Below are positions 1-9,609 of a DNA stretch of 64,000 nt, in pieces. The DNA is from a virus. Taxonomy: Duplodnaviria > Caudoviricetes. The notes beneath the pieces are model-generated. The model did no database searches. It was given only the letters and a program-made list of their open reading frames with translations, and was not told the DNA's origin. The position numbers and the translations under genes were made by a program. The stretch lies in IMG/VR virus record IMGVR_UViG_3300014204_000120, positions 32,001 to 96,000 of that record. One strand, 5' to 3'. How positions within the stretch are numbered: position 1 is the first letter of the stretch; the number at the start of each line of letters is the position of its first letter.

Positions 1-1172
1 CTGTAACAATTGACGATCCACTTACTTTAGCTAGTTATTTGAATTTGTATGATGGTACAACTGGTGATGCTGGTATATATTTTGCAGGAGATGGTCCCGG
101 CGTGGGTTGGTATCACAGTGCCGCTAGTACATGGACGTATACAACAGGAGTAGGGGATGTTTTATCTATAAGCAATAATGGATTATTTACTAATAAGATA
201 TCAGAGTTTACTGGCGGTAGTGGCATATCGCTTGAACATGCTACAGTCTGTGCCTCTACGTTGCAGGCTACCGGGTTGAGCGTGGGGAGGGCGCTGACGG
301 CAGCAAATTATTTGCTTGACCTTTATAGCGCGTCAGACAATGCGTATCCACATATAACGTCCAATGACAATACAAAGTATGCATTCTTGGCGGTTACGGC
401 AAAAACAAACCGTAGCATTATGATTGGAGCGTATGGGGATGGACATGCGCCAGGAACGCTGTTTGGCGTGTCACTAATTGGTGCTTCATTTGTAATGAGT
501 GATGGCGTTGCGGCAATGGGCCTCGGCACAACATCTGCTGCACCTCTTTATATCGGCACAAACAACACTGCCGCCATCACCATCTCTACCGCGCAGGCCG
601 TCACCTGTGCCAGCACCCTTACCGCCGCAGGGGTTTTCCTCGCTCCAAACGGTTCCAATACCGCTCCTGCGTATTCCTTCTCTGGCGACACCGACACCGG
701 ACTCTATTCTGGTTCCTCAAATGTTTGGCAACTTGTTGCAGGAACCACTATCTGCTTATTATCAAACGGCAGTATCTTGCGCAGCAGCCTCGTCTACAAT
801 ACCACCGTTTCCAGCTCCCGCGATGTTGAGGTCAATAGCACCGGCGATTTGGGATATGTTTCTTCATCCATCAGATTCAAGGGCAATATCAAGGATTTGG
901 ATTCTAAAACCACAGAGCGCATCTATGACCTTCAGCCAAAAACATTTCAGTATAAAAAGCGCGATGATTATGGTAAAATATCAGAGGAACTTGAGGATGT
1001 AACACAGTGGGGTTTCATAGCAGAGGAAGCAGAAAAGGTGTTGCCAGAACTGGTGTATTACGGTTCAAAGGGTGAAGTAGACGGATTCAATTATAAGGGG
1101 CTTATCACCCCACTTATTGCCGAAGTCAAGAAACTAAGAGCAAGGGTGGAAGAGCTGGAAAAGAACAAATAA
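1..1172 (+). CDS. Tail fibre protein (5' partial) with C-terminal intramolecular chaperone (peptidase S74-like) domain
   Basis: Frame is open back to the window edge. G/S/T-rich fibre repeats; C-terminal SSIRFKGNIKDL...WGFIAEE...PELV...NYKGLITPLIAEVKKL followed by a coiled coil. Confidence 0.85.
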   Translation, partial: VTIDDPLTLASYLNLYDGTTGDAGIYFAGDGPGVGWYHSAASTWTYTTGVGDVLSISNNGLFTNKISEFTGGSGISLEHATVCASTLQATGLSVGRALTAANYLLDLYSASDNAYPHITSNDNTKYAFLAVTAKTNRSIMIGAYGDGHAPGTLFGVSLIGASFVMSDGVAAMGLGTTSAAPLYIGTNNTAAITISTAQAVTCASTLTAAGVFLAPNGSNTAPAYSFSGDTDTGLYSGSSNVWQLVAGTTICLLSNGSILRSSLVYNTTVSSSRDVEVNSTGDLGYVSSSIRFKGNIKDLDSKTTERIYDLQPKTFQYKKRDDYGKISEELEDVTQWGFIAEEAEKVLPELVYYGSKGEVDGFNYKGLITPLIAEVKKLRARVEELEKNK

Positions 1173-1237
1173 TCATTAATATGTAAAAACTATATATAAT
1201 AAAGATAAAGACAATCACATTGAACAGGAGAATTTGA

Positions 1238-1774
1238 ATGGAAACAATTAAACTAACAAATGAAAAAGTTATGGGAATTGTAACAATATTAGACGCTTTA
1301 AATGTTTTAGAATTTGATGAAAAGATGTATGCAGATGAAAAAACTTCAAGATCGTATTGGCAAAAATTCGCATACGCCATTTCAAGAAATACCGATGCTT
1401 TTAGTTCATCAATAAAATCAATTAAAAAAGTATTAGATCCATCGAAAGAATATATAGAATATGATAAGAAAAGATTTGAATTAGCCCAAAAATATGCAGA
1501 TTTAGATAAAGACGGTAAACCTATTATTAATGGTAATTCATATGTTGTAAGACAAAACAGAGATAAATTTGATAGAGAAATTGAAATATTAACAAAGGAA
1601 TTTAAAACAGCAATAGATAATCAAAAAAAGTTAAGTGATAATATGCCTCAATTTTTAGAAACTGAAGAAGAAGTAAGTTGTTATAAAATTAAGTCTGAAT
1701 GGGTTCCTTTGACTTTAAACGCACAGCAATTAAGAGCATTGTTACCGTTAATAGATGGAGAATTTAATAAATAA
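1238..1774 (+). CDS. Phage protein, putative tail-fibre-associated chaperone; paralog of 21929..22450
   Basis: KRFELAQKYADLDKDGKPIINGN vs KRKEILMKYASKDEQGNPVINGN; both copies follow a fibre gene. Confidence 0.5.
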   Translation: METIKLTNEKVMGIVTILDALNVLEFDEKMYADEKTSRSYWQKFAYAISRNTDAFSSSIKSIKKVLDPSKEYIEYDKKRFELAQKYADLDKDGKPIINGNSYVVRQNRDKFDREIEILTKEFKTAIDNQKKLSDNMPQFLETEEEVSCYKIKSEWVPLTLNAQQLRALLPLIDGEFNK

Positions 1775-1789
1775 AAAGGAAATTGAACA

Positions 1790-3154
1790 ATGGCAATTGA
1801 AACTTTTGATTTAAGTGCCACAAAAATCAACGTATCATACTGTATAGACGAAGAAACAAAAGAAAGACAACTATATCTTAATGGTCTTCGAGATATACCT
1901 AGATTAAAAGAAATTCAAGAAATAACTAGTGCTTCGTGCGCAATTGTTGCTTTTGGCCCTTCTTTAAATGATACTTGGAATGAAATCTATAAGTTTAAAA
2001 ATATTATAACTGGTTCTGGTTCACATAAGTTTTTATTGGATAAAGGAGTCAACCCGGATAGCTTTGATAACTGGTGGCATATGGAATGTGACCCCAGAGA
2101 TCATAAAATAAAACTTTTAGGTAAGCCCCATCCAAAAATACAATATCTTATAGCTGATACATGTCACCCAAAGTTGTTTGATGTACTTAAAGATTATAAT
2201 GTAAAGATGTGGCACATATACGATTCAAAATTAATACAAACAATGCCAGATTATTATAAAAGAGGAGAAGTTTGTGTAATAGGTGGAAGTAATGTTGGTA
2301 TAAGACAATTAACAATGGCAAGAGTTTTAGGATTTATAAATATACATGTGTTAGGATTAGATTTTAGTTTTCCAGAACCAGAAGAAGGAAAATTACCACA
2401 ACAACACGCGGCGTTTCATCCAAAGTGTAATGCTAATATTGCTAAAATTGTTATTGAAGATAAAACATATTTTACAACACAAGTAATGATTCATTATGCA
2501 AGAGAGTTTTGGCACGAAGTACAATTGTTACCTGATATAAAAGTAGTTTTACATGGTAATGGAATGTTACAACATTGGGCACAGACTAAAGCTCAAGAAC
2601 CAAAACAAAGGGTAAGTATGAAATCTGTTGCCTTGGTTATACCAGAAGTTATAAGTAATGATTATGTTGAATTGAATAGACAATTACATGAAAGTTCTCA
2701 TGAGTATGGTACATTTAGTTTTCAACATGCTAAAACAGTTATCAAACTTAAAGAAAGTTTAAATACATCTTCAGTACTTGATTATGGTTGTGGTAAGGGA
2801 ACATTAGGTCAAAGACTTCCTTTTCCAATATGGGAATATGATCCTGCTATTCCTGGTAAAGATAAGGCACCAAGACCGGCAGATTTAGTTACTTGTTTTG
2901 ATGTATTAGAGCATATTGAACCAGAATATTTAGATAATGTTTTAAAAGATTTAGCAAGATGTGTTTTAAAGATAGGTTATTTTACTATTAATATGGCACC
3001 TTCATCCAAAACTTTAGCTGATGGAAGGAACGCTCATTTGATTCAAAAAGATGAAGCTTGGTGGAAAGAAAAGTTATCTGAATATTTTTTACTTGTTAAT
3101 AATTCTATAATTAAAAAAGGACCACAATTATTTGTAATAGCAGCGCCTAAATAG
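1790..3154 (+). CDS. Maf/DUF115 (MptE-like) domain fused to class I SAM methyltransferase
   Basis: CAIVAFGPSL and LGFINIHVLGLDFS in the N-half; VLDYGCGKG and CFDVLEHI in the C-half. Confidence 0.7.
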   Translation: MAIETFDLSATKINVSYCIDEETKERQLYLNGLRDIPRLKEIQEITSASCAIVAFGPSLNDTWNEIYKFKNIITGSGSHKFLLDKGVNPDSFDNWWHMECDPRDHKIKLLGKPHPKIQYLIADTCHPKLFDVLKDYNVKMWHIYDSKLIQTMPDYYKRGEVCVIGGSNVGIRQLTMARVLGFINIHVLGLDFSFPEPEEGKLPQQHAAFHPKCNANIAKIVIEDKTYFTTQVMIHYAREFWHEVQLLPDIKVVLHGNGMLQHWAQTKAQEPKQRVSMKSVALVIPEVISNDYVELNRQLHESSHEYGTFSFQHAKTVIKLKESLNTSSVLDYGCGKGTLGQRLPFPIWEYDPAIPGKDKAPRPADLVTCFDVLEHIEPEYLDNVLKDLARCVLKIGYFTINMAPSSKTLADGRNAHLIQKDEAWWKEKLSEYFLLVNNSIIKKGPQLFVIAAPK

Positions 3155-3164
3155 GAGGATTGAA

Positions 3165-4118
3165 ATGTTTAAAATTACTGAAAGAATTGATAAGGTTACG
3201 AATGTTGATTCAGATCGATTAAAGGAAGTTCTTCCTGCACCTAAATCAGTTAAAATAGAATTGACTAGTAGGTGTAATTATCGTTGTGCTTTTTGTTCAC
3301 ATCAGACTAAAAAAAGTACATCAGATATGGATTTGAATTTGTTTAAACGTATTACTAAAGAAATGCAAGAAGCTGGTGTAACTGAAATAGGTTTATTTTA
3401 TTTGGGTGAATCATTTACTAATCCAACATTATTAGTTAATGCTATTAAATATCTTAAACAGGATTTGAATTTTCCTTATACTTTTTTAACATCTAATGCT
3501 TCTTTAGCCAATCCAGAACAAGTTGAAGCATGTATGGCGGCTGGATTAGATAGTTTAAAATGGTCTTGTAATACAGCTAATCCAGAACAGTTTAAAAAGG
3601 TAGTACAAGTTTCAGAAAAAATGTTTCATAAGTCACTGAATAATATTAAATCTGCGTATGAGATTAGAAAAGCAAAAGGATATAAAACCGGATTATTTGC
3701 ATCATCTATTCGTTATGATGATGAACAACATGAAACTATGATGCAAATGTTAAATGAAAAAGTTATTCCTTATGTTGATGAACACTATTGGTTACCTTTA
3801 TATACGATGGGTAGTTTATCAACAGTTCGTAGAGAAGCAGATTTAGGTTATAGACCAACTGCTGGTAATCAAGGTAGACAGGATGCTTTAGTCAATCCTC
3901 TTCCTTGTTGGACAGTATTTACCGCAAGTCATGTTATTGCTAATGGTAAAGTATCAGCTTGTTGTTTTGATGCTAATGAAAATTGGATTATGGGCGATTT
4001 AACTAAACAATCATTTATGGATGTTTGGAACTCAGAAGAATATCAAAAGCTTAGAAAAGCTCATATTGCTAAAAATATTAAAGGAACGGTTTGTGAAAAT
4101 TGCGTGGCTTATAAATAA
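3165..4118 (+). CDS. Radical SAM/SPASM protein
   Basis: CNYRCAFC motif; C-terminal PCW...ACCFD...CENC. Confidence 0.9.
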   Translation: MFKITERIDKVTNVDSDRLKEVLPAPKSVKIELTSRCNYRCAFCSHQTKKSTSDMDLNLFKRITKEMQEAGVTEIGLFYLGESFTNPTLLVNAIKYLKQDLNFPYTFLTSNASLANPEQVEACMAAGLDSLKWSCNTANPEQFKKVVQVSEKMFHKSLNNIKSAYEIRKAKGYKTGLFASSIRYDDEQHETMMQMLNEKVIPYVDEHYWLPLYTMGSLSTVRREADLGYRPTAGNQGRQDALVNPLPCWTVFTASHVIANGKVSACCFDANENWIMGDLTKQSFMDVWNSEEYQKLRKAHIAKNIKGTVCENCVAYK

Positions 4119-4128
4119 AAGTAGTAAC

Positions 4129-4136
4129 TATAAATA
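4129..4136 (+). promoter_or_regulatory. T4-type late promoter TATAAATA (second copy at 4110)
   Basis: Exact TATAAATA upstream of the gp25-like gene. Confidence 0.7.
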
Positions 4137-4171
4137 AATGTATAGACTTATATTTATAAGGAATATAATGA

Positions 4172-4552
4172 ATGATCAGGGAACTTTCTGACAATTGGGC
4201 GTATGATATAGCTAAAAATCCTATTTCTAATGGTGAAATTAAAGATGTTGAAGTTATTAACCAATCCATAGAAATGATTTTAGGTATTGCTCCAGGAGAA
4301 AGACTATTTAATACTTCATTTGGATTAGGTCTACAAAATCGTATTTTTAATATAGCTTCTCCAGAAGAAGGTGAATCTATTTTAGACCAAATATCTGAAG
4401 CTATTAAAACTTGGGAAGATAGAATTACGTTGGTGGAAAGTCAAATGCAAATTAAAATAGAACCTGATAATAATATGATAATACTTATAATTCCTTATAT
4501 TATCAAACGCAATAGAATAAAAAGCGTCTTCCAAAAGAAAATCTACGGATAA
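4172..4552 (+). CDS. gp25: Baseplate wedge subunit, gp25-like
   Basis: INQSIEMIL...PGERLFNTSFG...AIKTWEDRI signature; precedes the gp6-like gene. Confidence 0.85.
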   Translation: MIRELSDNWAYDIAKNPISNGEIKDVEVINQSIEMILGIAPGERLFNTSFGLGLQNRIFNIASPEEGESILDQISEAIKTWEDRITLVESQMQIKIEPDNNMIILIIPYIIKRNRIKSVFQKKIYG

Positions 4553-4564
4553 TGAGGTTATAGA

Positions 4565-7183
4565 ATGGCAACTAATTTTTTAAAGTACACATCGTTAACT
4601 TATGACTCAATTCTGCAACAAATAACAGATAAGTTTAATTCAGACTCTAGATTTGCTAACTTTAGACAATCTGCTATCGCTTCTCTTATGGCTGAAATAT
4701 TTGCCGGCGTTGCAGACTTAGTTAACTATAATTTAGAAAGACGAGCCGAGGAAGCCTTTTTAGACACAGCCAAACTTAAAAGTTCGGTTATTCTACTTTC
4801 CCGTATGCTTGGTTATGTAATGCAAAGACCAATTCCTGCTTCGGCTACTTTAAAAATTAAATTGAAAGGTGACTTTAGTTCCATTATTAGTACTACAGAT
4901 AAATTACAAATACCTTTACAATCATCATTTAGTTATGGTGGTTATAAATTTATTTTAAAGAAAACACTAATAATTAATCTTTCATCATACGTAGACGCAA
5001 TGATATTAGACGGCGCTGCTTATGAATCAGACTATATTACTGTAGACCAAAATAATGATGCTATTGATATCATTCAAGGCGAAATTAAAGAAAAAGTAAT
5101 TGAAGGATCTACTAACCCTCTAATTGGATCCACATTCCAAGTCTATAAAATTGATGATACAGAATTTAGTAACATGTATGGCTCTGAAGACTACGATAAT
5201 CCTGTTACTAGAATTTGGATAGGCGATAATAAATCAACAGATAACGAATATACAATTGATAGAAGGTCTCTTATAAACTGGGAAGTCATTGAAGCGTTCT
5301 CAGATCAAGAAAATATTAAAGTCGCCGTAGTTAGATCTGCTATTAATGAAGGTGTAGAATTACTTTTTGGTAACGGTAGATATGCTAGTGATGGTGTGAA
5401 CTATACTACATCCGGTGGTGCTATAACTTCATATGATAATTTATACGTTCAATACTTAGCTACTAAAGGTTTTAAAGCTAATCAATCAGGCGTTGTTGAT
5501 AAAAAAGTAACATATAGTGGTAGAGTTTATACTAATACCGGAAAGGATATCACAAACAAAGTTGATTTTTATTTTGCTACTAATATAGTTGGTGGCGCTG
5601 ATGCTGAAAGTCTAGAATCTATTAAGTATAACTCACCAGGAATCTTTGCGGCATTAGATCGATGCGTAACAAAGGATGATTATGTAAACTATTTAAAATC
5701 ATTAACTTCTCCTATTAGTATTAAAAATGCTATTGCTTTTGGAGAAGCTGAAGAACTAAACTCTGATACAGGTCGTGATGCAGTTATTCGCCTATTTAAT
5801 GTAGTCCTATTCTCAGTCTTAGGTCATTTATACCAAGTTAATACTTCACCATATTACTATTATACTAAAGAAAATGGTTTGGATAATAACGTACTAGACT
5901 CAAACTTTAATATAGACGATATATCTTACTGGAACTATTTTAATGTGTTTGTTAAAGGAGATACAGAAAGCCTAACAGCTAACTCCCAAATAGTAAGACA
6001 ACTAAAAGAATATACAACATCAGCATTCCAATATAAAATCTATGGTCACGAAATAGATGATACTACTGGCGCATACTATAGTACAAACTACGGTGAAAAT
6101 TTAACTTTATACATCAGCTATACTACAGACGATTCATCTTATAATACAAGTCTAAGCGCTGATACTTCTATTACTGTTGACGTTAGAAGTTTGTCATCTA
6201 AATCAAACGATACCGACGCAATGGAAACTCTAGCATCTCTAATCCAAACTCAACTATTATTAGTCACCGATACTCGCGGTTCTAACACAACAGAAAATAC
6301 ACACTATAATCAAACGGCATTCCCTAACGTTACTGTTACATACGATTCAACAGATAAAGACCTGACTATAGCTTTTGGACAGAATACACCATGTTATATT
6401 GACGAATTTACTAGCGCTACAGGTGCTTCTGATTTAGGACTAAGAATACTATCAGGAACTGCAGCCGTTGGACCTGACGCAGTACTTGTATCTCTGACTA
6501 ATAACCTAAGTCAGAATATAATCAGCGTGGTAGATAAGTTGGACACAAGAGCGCAAATCACAACCAGACCAATATATCTATCAAGTATTATTGAAAAAAT
6601 TAAAATTACTGGTGTGGTAAAAATAAACAGCCTTTATGATACAGAAACTGAAAGAACTAATTTTTATGATGCAATATACAAATGGGCAGATACAACAGCA
6701 GATTTTAAAATTAATCTTTATAAAAGTTCTGTCATAGAAATTATTGAACAGTTTACATCTGTTAAATATACAAATATAAATTTTGAGGCGGATTATCCTA
6801 CACCAGTTAGTACATCAGCATTTTATATAACGGGTGCTAATAAATGGGTTAATAATGGATTTAGTAATAATGCTCAAAAATTATATGCTTATAATTTAAT
6901 TGATCAAAAGATTAATGATTTTTTGGTAGACGAATCTTTGATAACGAAAAGATATTTTTTGGTAACTTTTGCTAAAAATTTATATAATGCTTTTAAAAAT
7001 TTGGGCGGAAATTATGCTACGTTTGTTGATACCATTAATTTTAATAATCTAATTTCTGATATTAATAAAGATTATATTTATATAATGAGAACTAATATGT
7101 TAGATGACGATGGTAATATTACTGAATATTCACTTCCAAATCAAATAGTACAGTTAATATGTAATTTAAATATTGAGTATTAA
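4565..7183 (+). CDS. gp6: Baseplate wedge subunit, gp6-like
   Basis: EAFLDTAKLKSSV...LGY, LLFGNG, GGADAESLESIKYNSP...RCVTKDDY. Confidence 0.85.
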   Translation: MATNFLKYTSLTYDSILQQITDKFNSDSRFANFRQSAIASLMAEIFAGVADLVNYNLERRAEEAFLDTAKLKSSVILLSRMLGYVMQRPIPASATLKIKLKGDFSSIISTTDKLQIPLQSSFSYGGYKFILKKTLIINLSSYVDAMILDGAAYESDYITVDQNNDAIDIIQGEIKEKVIEGSTNPLIGSTFQVYKIDDTEFSNMYGSEDYDNPVTRIWIGDNKSTDNEYTIDRRSLINWEVIEAFSDQENIKVAVVRSAINEGVELLFGNGRYASDGVNYTTSGGAITSYDNLYVQYLATKGFKANQSGVVDKKVTYSGRVYTNTGKDITNKVDFYFATNIVGGADAESLESIKYNSPGIFAALDRCVTKDDYVNYLKSLTSPISIKNAIAFGEAEELNSDTGRDAVIRLFNVVLFSVLGHLYQVNTSPYYYYTKENGLDNNVLDSNFNIDDISYWNYFNVFVKGDTESLTANSQIVRQLKEYTTSAFQYKIYGHEIDDTTGAYYSTNYGENLTLYISYTTDDSSYNTSLSADTSITVDVRSLSSKSNDTDAMETLASLIQTQLLLVTDTRGSNTTENTHYNQTAFPNVTVTYDSTDKDLTIAFGQNTPCYIDEFTSATGASDLGLRILSGTAAVGPDAVLVSLTNNLSQNIISVVDKLDTRAQITTRPIYLSSIIEKIKITGVVKINSLYDTETERTNFYDAIYKWADTTADFKINLYKSSVIEIIEQFTSVKYTNINFEADYPTPVSTSAFYITGANKWVNNGFSNNAQKLYAYNLIDQKINDFLVDESLITKRYFLVTFAKNLYNAFKNLGGNYATFVDTINFNNLISDINKDYIYIMRTNMLDDDGNITEYSLPNQIVQLICNLNIEY

Positions 7184-7193
7184 GATATTTTAA

Positions 7194-7294
7194 TATAAAT
7201 AATGGTAGAAAGTTGGGACAGCCACAAATGGTTTTCTAACCCCAATTTAGAATTACCTTCTTTCTACTATTAAAAAACCTTATTGGGAGGTTTT
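7194..7294 (+). promoter_or_regulatory. Late promoter plus structured 5' UTR with RBS-sequestering hairpin
   Basis: TATAAATA at 7194; 7201-7212 pairs with 7260-7271; AAAACCT (7274-7280) pairs with AGGTTTT (7288-7294), covering GGAGG. Confidence 0.6.
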
Positions 7295-8432
7295 GATGTG
7301 TAAAAAATTAACTAAAGAAGAATTTATTGAACGATCAAAAAAAATTCACGGTAATAAATACGATTATAGTTTAGTAGATTATATTAATAATAATACTAAA
7401 GTTAAAATTATTTGTTTAAAATGTAATAAAATATTTGAACAAACACCAAATAATCATTTAAATGGTAAGGGTTGTAAAAAATGTAGAAAAACTAAGCACA
7501 AAATGTCAACAATTGAATTTATTGCAAGAGTAAAAGAGATTTGGGGTGATGTTTATGATTATAATTTGGTAGAATATAATAATTTAAACGATAATATTAA
7601 AATTATATGTAAGATTCATGGAGTGTTTAAACAAAAACCTAAAGATCATCTTAGAGGTTGCGGTTGTAGACAATGTGGTATAGATAAAACTAGAAAATTA
7701 AAAATAATGTCATGGGATGATGTTTTAACAAAGTTTAAAAAAATTTATGGTAATGAATATGATTATAGTGAATCTGTGTATCTTTCAATGAATTATCCGA
7801 TTGCTATAATTTGTAAAAATCATGGAATTTTTTATATGTTGCCTAAATATCATTTACATAATGGTGGATGTCCAAAATGCTCAAGACAAAAAATGATAAT
7901 TACAAAAACCAAAAAAATAGAAAATGTTTTATTAGATTTTCGAAATGTTCATGGTGATAATTATGATTATAGTCAGGTTGAATATATTAATAGTAGAACT
8001 AAAATTAAAATTATATGTAAAAAACACGGGATATTTGAACAAACACCAAACAATCATTTAAGAGGTGAATGTTGTCCTAAATGTAAAATATCATTAGGAG
8101 AAAATAAAATATTAATTTGGTTAAATAAAAATAAAATAAAATTTGAACAGCAGAAAGAATTTGATGGTTGTCAATGTAAATTTAATTTAAAATTTGATTT
8201 TTATTTATCAGATTATAATATCTGTATTGAATATGATGGAGGATTACATTTTAAACCTGTTGAATATTTTGGTGGTGAAGAAGCACACGAAAAAACTAAA
8301 ATGAGAGATCAAATAAAAAATGATTATTGTAAAAATAATAATATTAAACTATTTAGGATACCATATTGGAAATTTAATGATATAAATTATATTTTAAAGA
8401 ATATAATAGAAGAAGCAAAAAACTTTTTTTGA
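7293..8432 (+). CDS. Free-standing homing endonuclease-like protein (tandem Zn-binding repeats plus PD-(D/E)XK/Vsr-like nuclease); likely start 7296
   Basis: Four repeats of HG.xYDYS.V.Y...IIC..HG.F.Q.P..HL.G.GC..C; C-terminal FDFYL...IEYDGGLHF...KLFRIPY. Confidence 0.8.
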   Translation: MMCKKLTKEEFIERSKKIHGNKYDYSLVDYINNNTKVKIICLKCNKIFEQTPNNHLNGKGCKKCRKTKHKMSTIEFIARVKEIWGDVYDYNLVEYNNLNDNIKIICKIHGVFKQKPKDHLRGCGCRQCGIDKTRKLKIMSWDDVLTKFKKIYGNEYDYSESVYLSMNYPIAIICKNHGIFYMLPKYHLHNGGCPKCSRQKMIITKTKKIENVLLDFRNVHGDNYDYSQVEYINSRTKIKIICKKHGIFEQTPNNHLRGECCPKCKISLGENKILIWLNKNKIKFEQQKEFDGCQCKFNLKFDFYLSDYNICIEYDGGLHFKPVEYFGGEEAHEKTKMRDQIKNDYCKNNNIKLFRIPYWKFNDINYILKNIIEEAKNFF

Positions 8433-8945
8433 TTATCTAGTCAGAACTATTTTATGATTATGTGTGATATTTTTGATAGCTCTACCACGTAAATCAAATG
8501 TATAACTAGTATTACTGAAACGGTTTATACGAACATTTTTATGTGATGGGATTATTGAACTAGACTGAAGACCTGAAAATTTTTCCCAGTTATCAAAATT
8601 TTCTGGTAGACTATCGACAATTTCAAGTAAAAAATTAGTTATAATATATCCATCTTTGTTAATCCAGATTTGACTGCTGGTGAAGTCAATAGCAAATGCA
8701 TTACACCAAAGACTATTAGTCAATGTCTGACCACTAATTATAGTTGCATCATTATTTTTAATTAGTGGTTTACTGTGGGGATAGTATTCATACCGGCAAG
8801 GATTTGGGAACGGGCAGACCTGAACTGAGTCATGCCAGTTTACATAACCGAGTTGTTTATCGCCAAAATTCATACACCAAGTCGTATCAGCTGCGAAACT
8901 GATACCAATGAACAGAAGCACGGTTGATACAATTTTCTTGAACAT
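8433..8945 (-). CDS. Secreted protein with signal peptide
   Basis: MFKKIVSTVLLFIGISFA-A signal peptide; RBS GAAAGGA; own consensus promoter; basic C-terminus YTFDLRGR. Confidence 0.7.
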   Translation of the reverse strand: MFKKIVSTVLLFIGISFAADTTWCMNFGDKQLGYVNWHDSVQVCPFPNPCRYEYYPHSKPLIKNNDATIISGQTLTNSLWCNAFAIDFTSSQIWINKDGYIITNFLLEIVDSLPENFDNWEKFSGLQSSSIIPSHKNVRINRFSNTSYTFDLRGRAIKNITHNHKIVLTR

Positions 8946-8986
8946 TGACTAATCCTTTCTTTAGGTTAATTTCCAATCGCAACCAT

Positions 8987-9015
8987 AATATACATCAGTT
9001 CAATGGATTTGTCAA
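8987..9015 (-). promoter_or_regulatory. sigma70-type promoter of the 170-aa gene
   Basis: TTGACA (9015-9010), 17 nt, TATATT (8992-8987). Confidence 0.8.
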
Positions 9016-9041
9016 GGTCAAAAATCAGAAAAAATCAATTG

Positions 9042-9375
9042 CAGTCCGTCCGCGCACGTGTGGAGTTTACCTCAGTTGAATCAAATAAAACTTCAGTCGT
9101 TGCAGTCCGTCCGCGCACGTGTGGAGTTTACTGTTTTATGTCTAGTACCCAAATTGCCAGATACAGTCCGTCCGCGCATGTGTGGAGTTTACGACAATAG
9201 AGCTGATGGTGTGTTGGAAAAAGACAGTCCGTCCGCGCATGTGTGGAGTTTACAAATTAACTTGTCATATTAAAAACAATAAAGGCAGTCCGTCCGCGCA
9301 TGTGTGGAGTTTACCAAAATCATAATAACTATTGAATTGGTCAAACCAGTCCGTCCGCGCATGTGTGGAGTTTAC
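9042..9375. CRISPR. CRISPR array: 6 repeats of 29 nt, 5 spacers of 32 nt
   Basis: CAGTCCGTCCGCGCAYGTGTGGAGTTTAC starts at 9042, 9103, 9164, 9225, 9286, 9347 (period 61); all spacers unique. Confidence 0.97.
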
Positions 9376-9603
9376 ACCAACCAGTTGTGGCGGAGTTTTA
9401 AAAATTCCACTATGTGTTGTATTTAAAGATATTTAAATAAAACGGTGCGGGTTAGTGAGTGGTATAATTAACCAATCAAATTAAGATTTGGTGAAGCTAA
9501 AATTATCCCTCACCTTTTGGCTAAGGACCTTAGCCAAGGCAATTAAATTAATAATTACCTATTCAAATATTTTATTAAAATGTCAAAGAACAATATATCA
9601 TCT
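9376..9603 (-). ncRNA. Putative tracrRNA/omega-like scaffold RNA and array leader
   Basis: No ORF; own promoter; perfect inverted repeat 9517-9537, hairpin 9471-9492, GTGAG/CTCAC long-range pairing, repeat-related segment 9382-9410. Confidence 0.6.
9581..9592 (-). promoter_or_regulatory. boxA-like antitermination element
   Basis: TGTTCTTTGACA, 10/12 identical to E. coli rrn boxA TGCTCTTTAACA, just after the predicted start site. Confidence 0.5.
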
Positions 9604-9609
9604 ATTAAT

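Noticed and set aside
323-1380. Overlapping ORFs 323..529, 499..1002 and 1126..1380
   Set aside because: Shadow frames of the GC-rich fibre gene and its neighbour.
9003-9273. ORFs 9003..9200 and 9058..9273
   Set aside because: They are translations of CRISPR repeats and spacers.
9132-9346. In-window targets for the other four spacers
   Set aside because: Only short AT-rich matches were found by eye (e.g. 13 nt near 32846, 11 nt near 22498), consistent with chance. A computed search is still needed.
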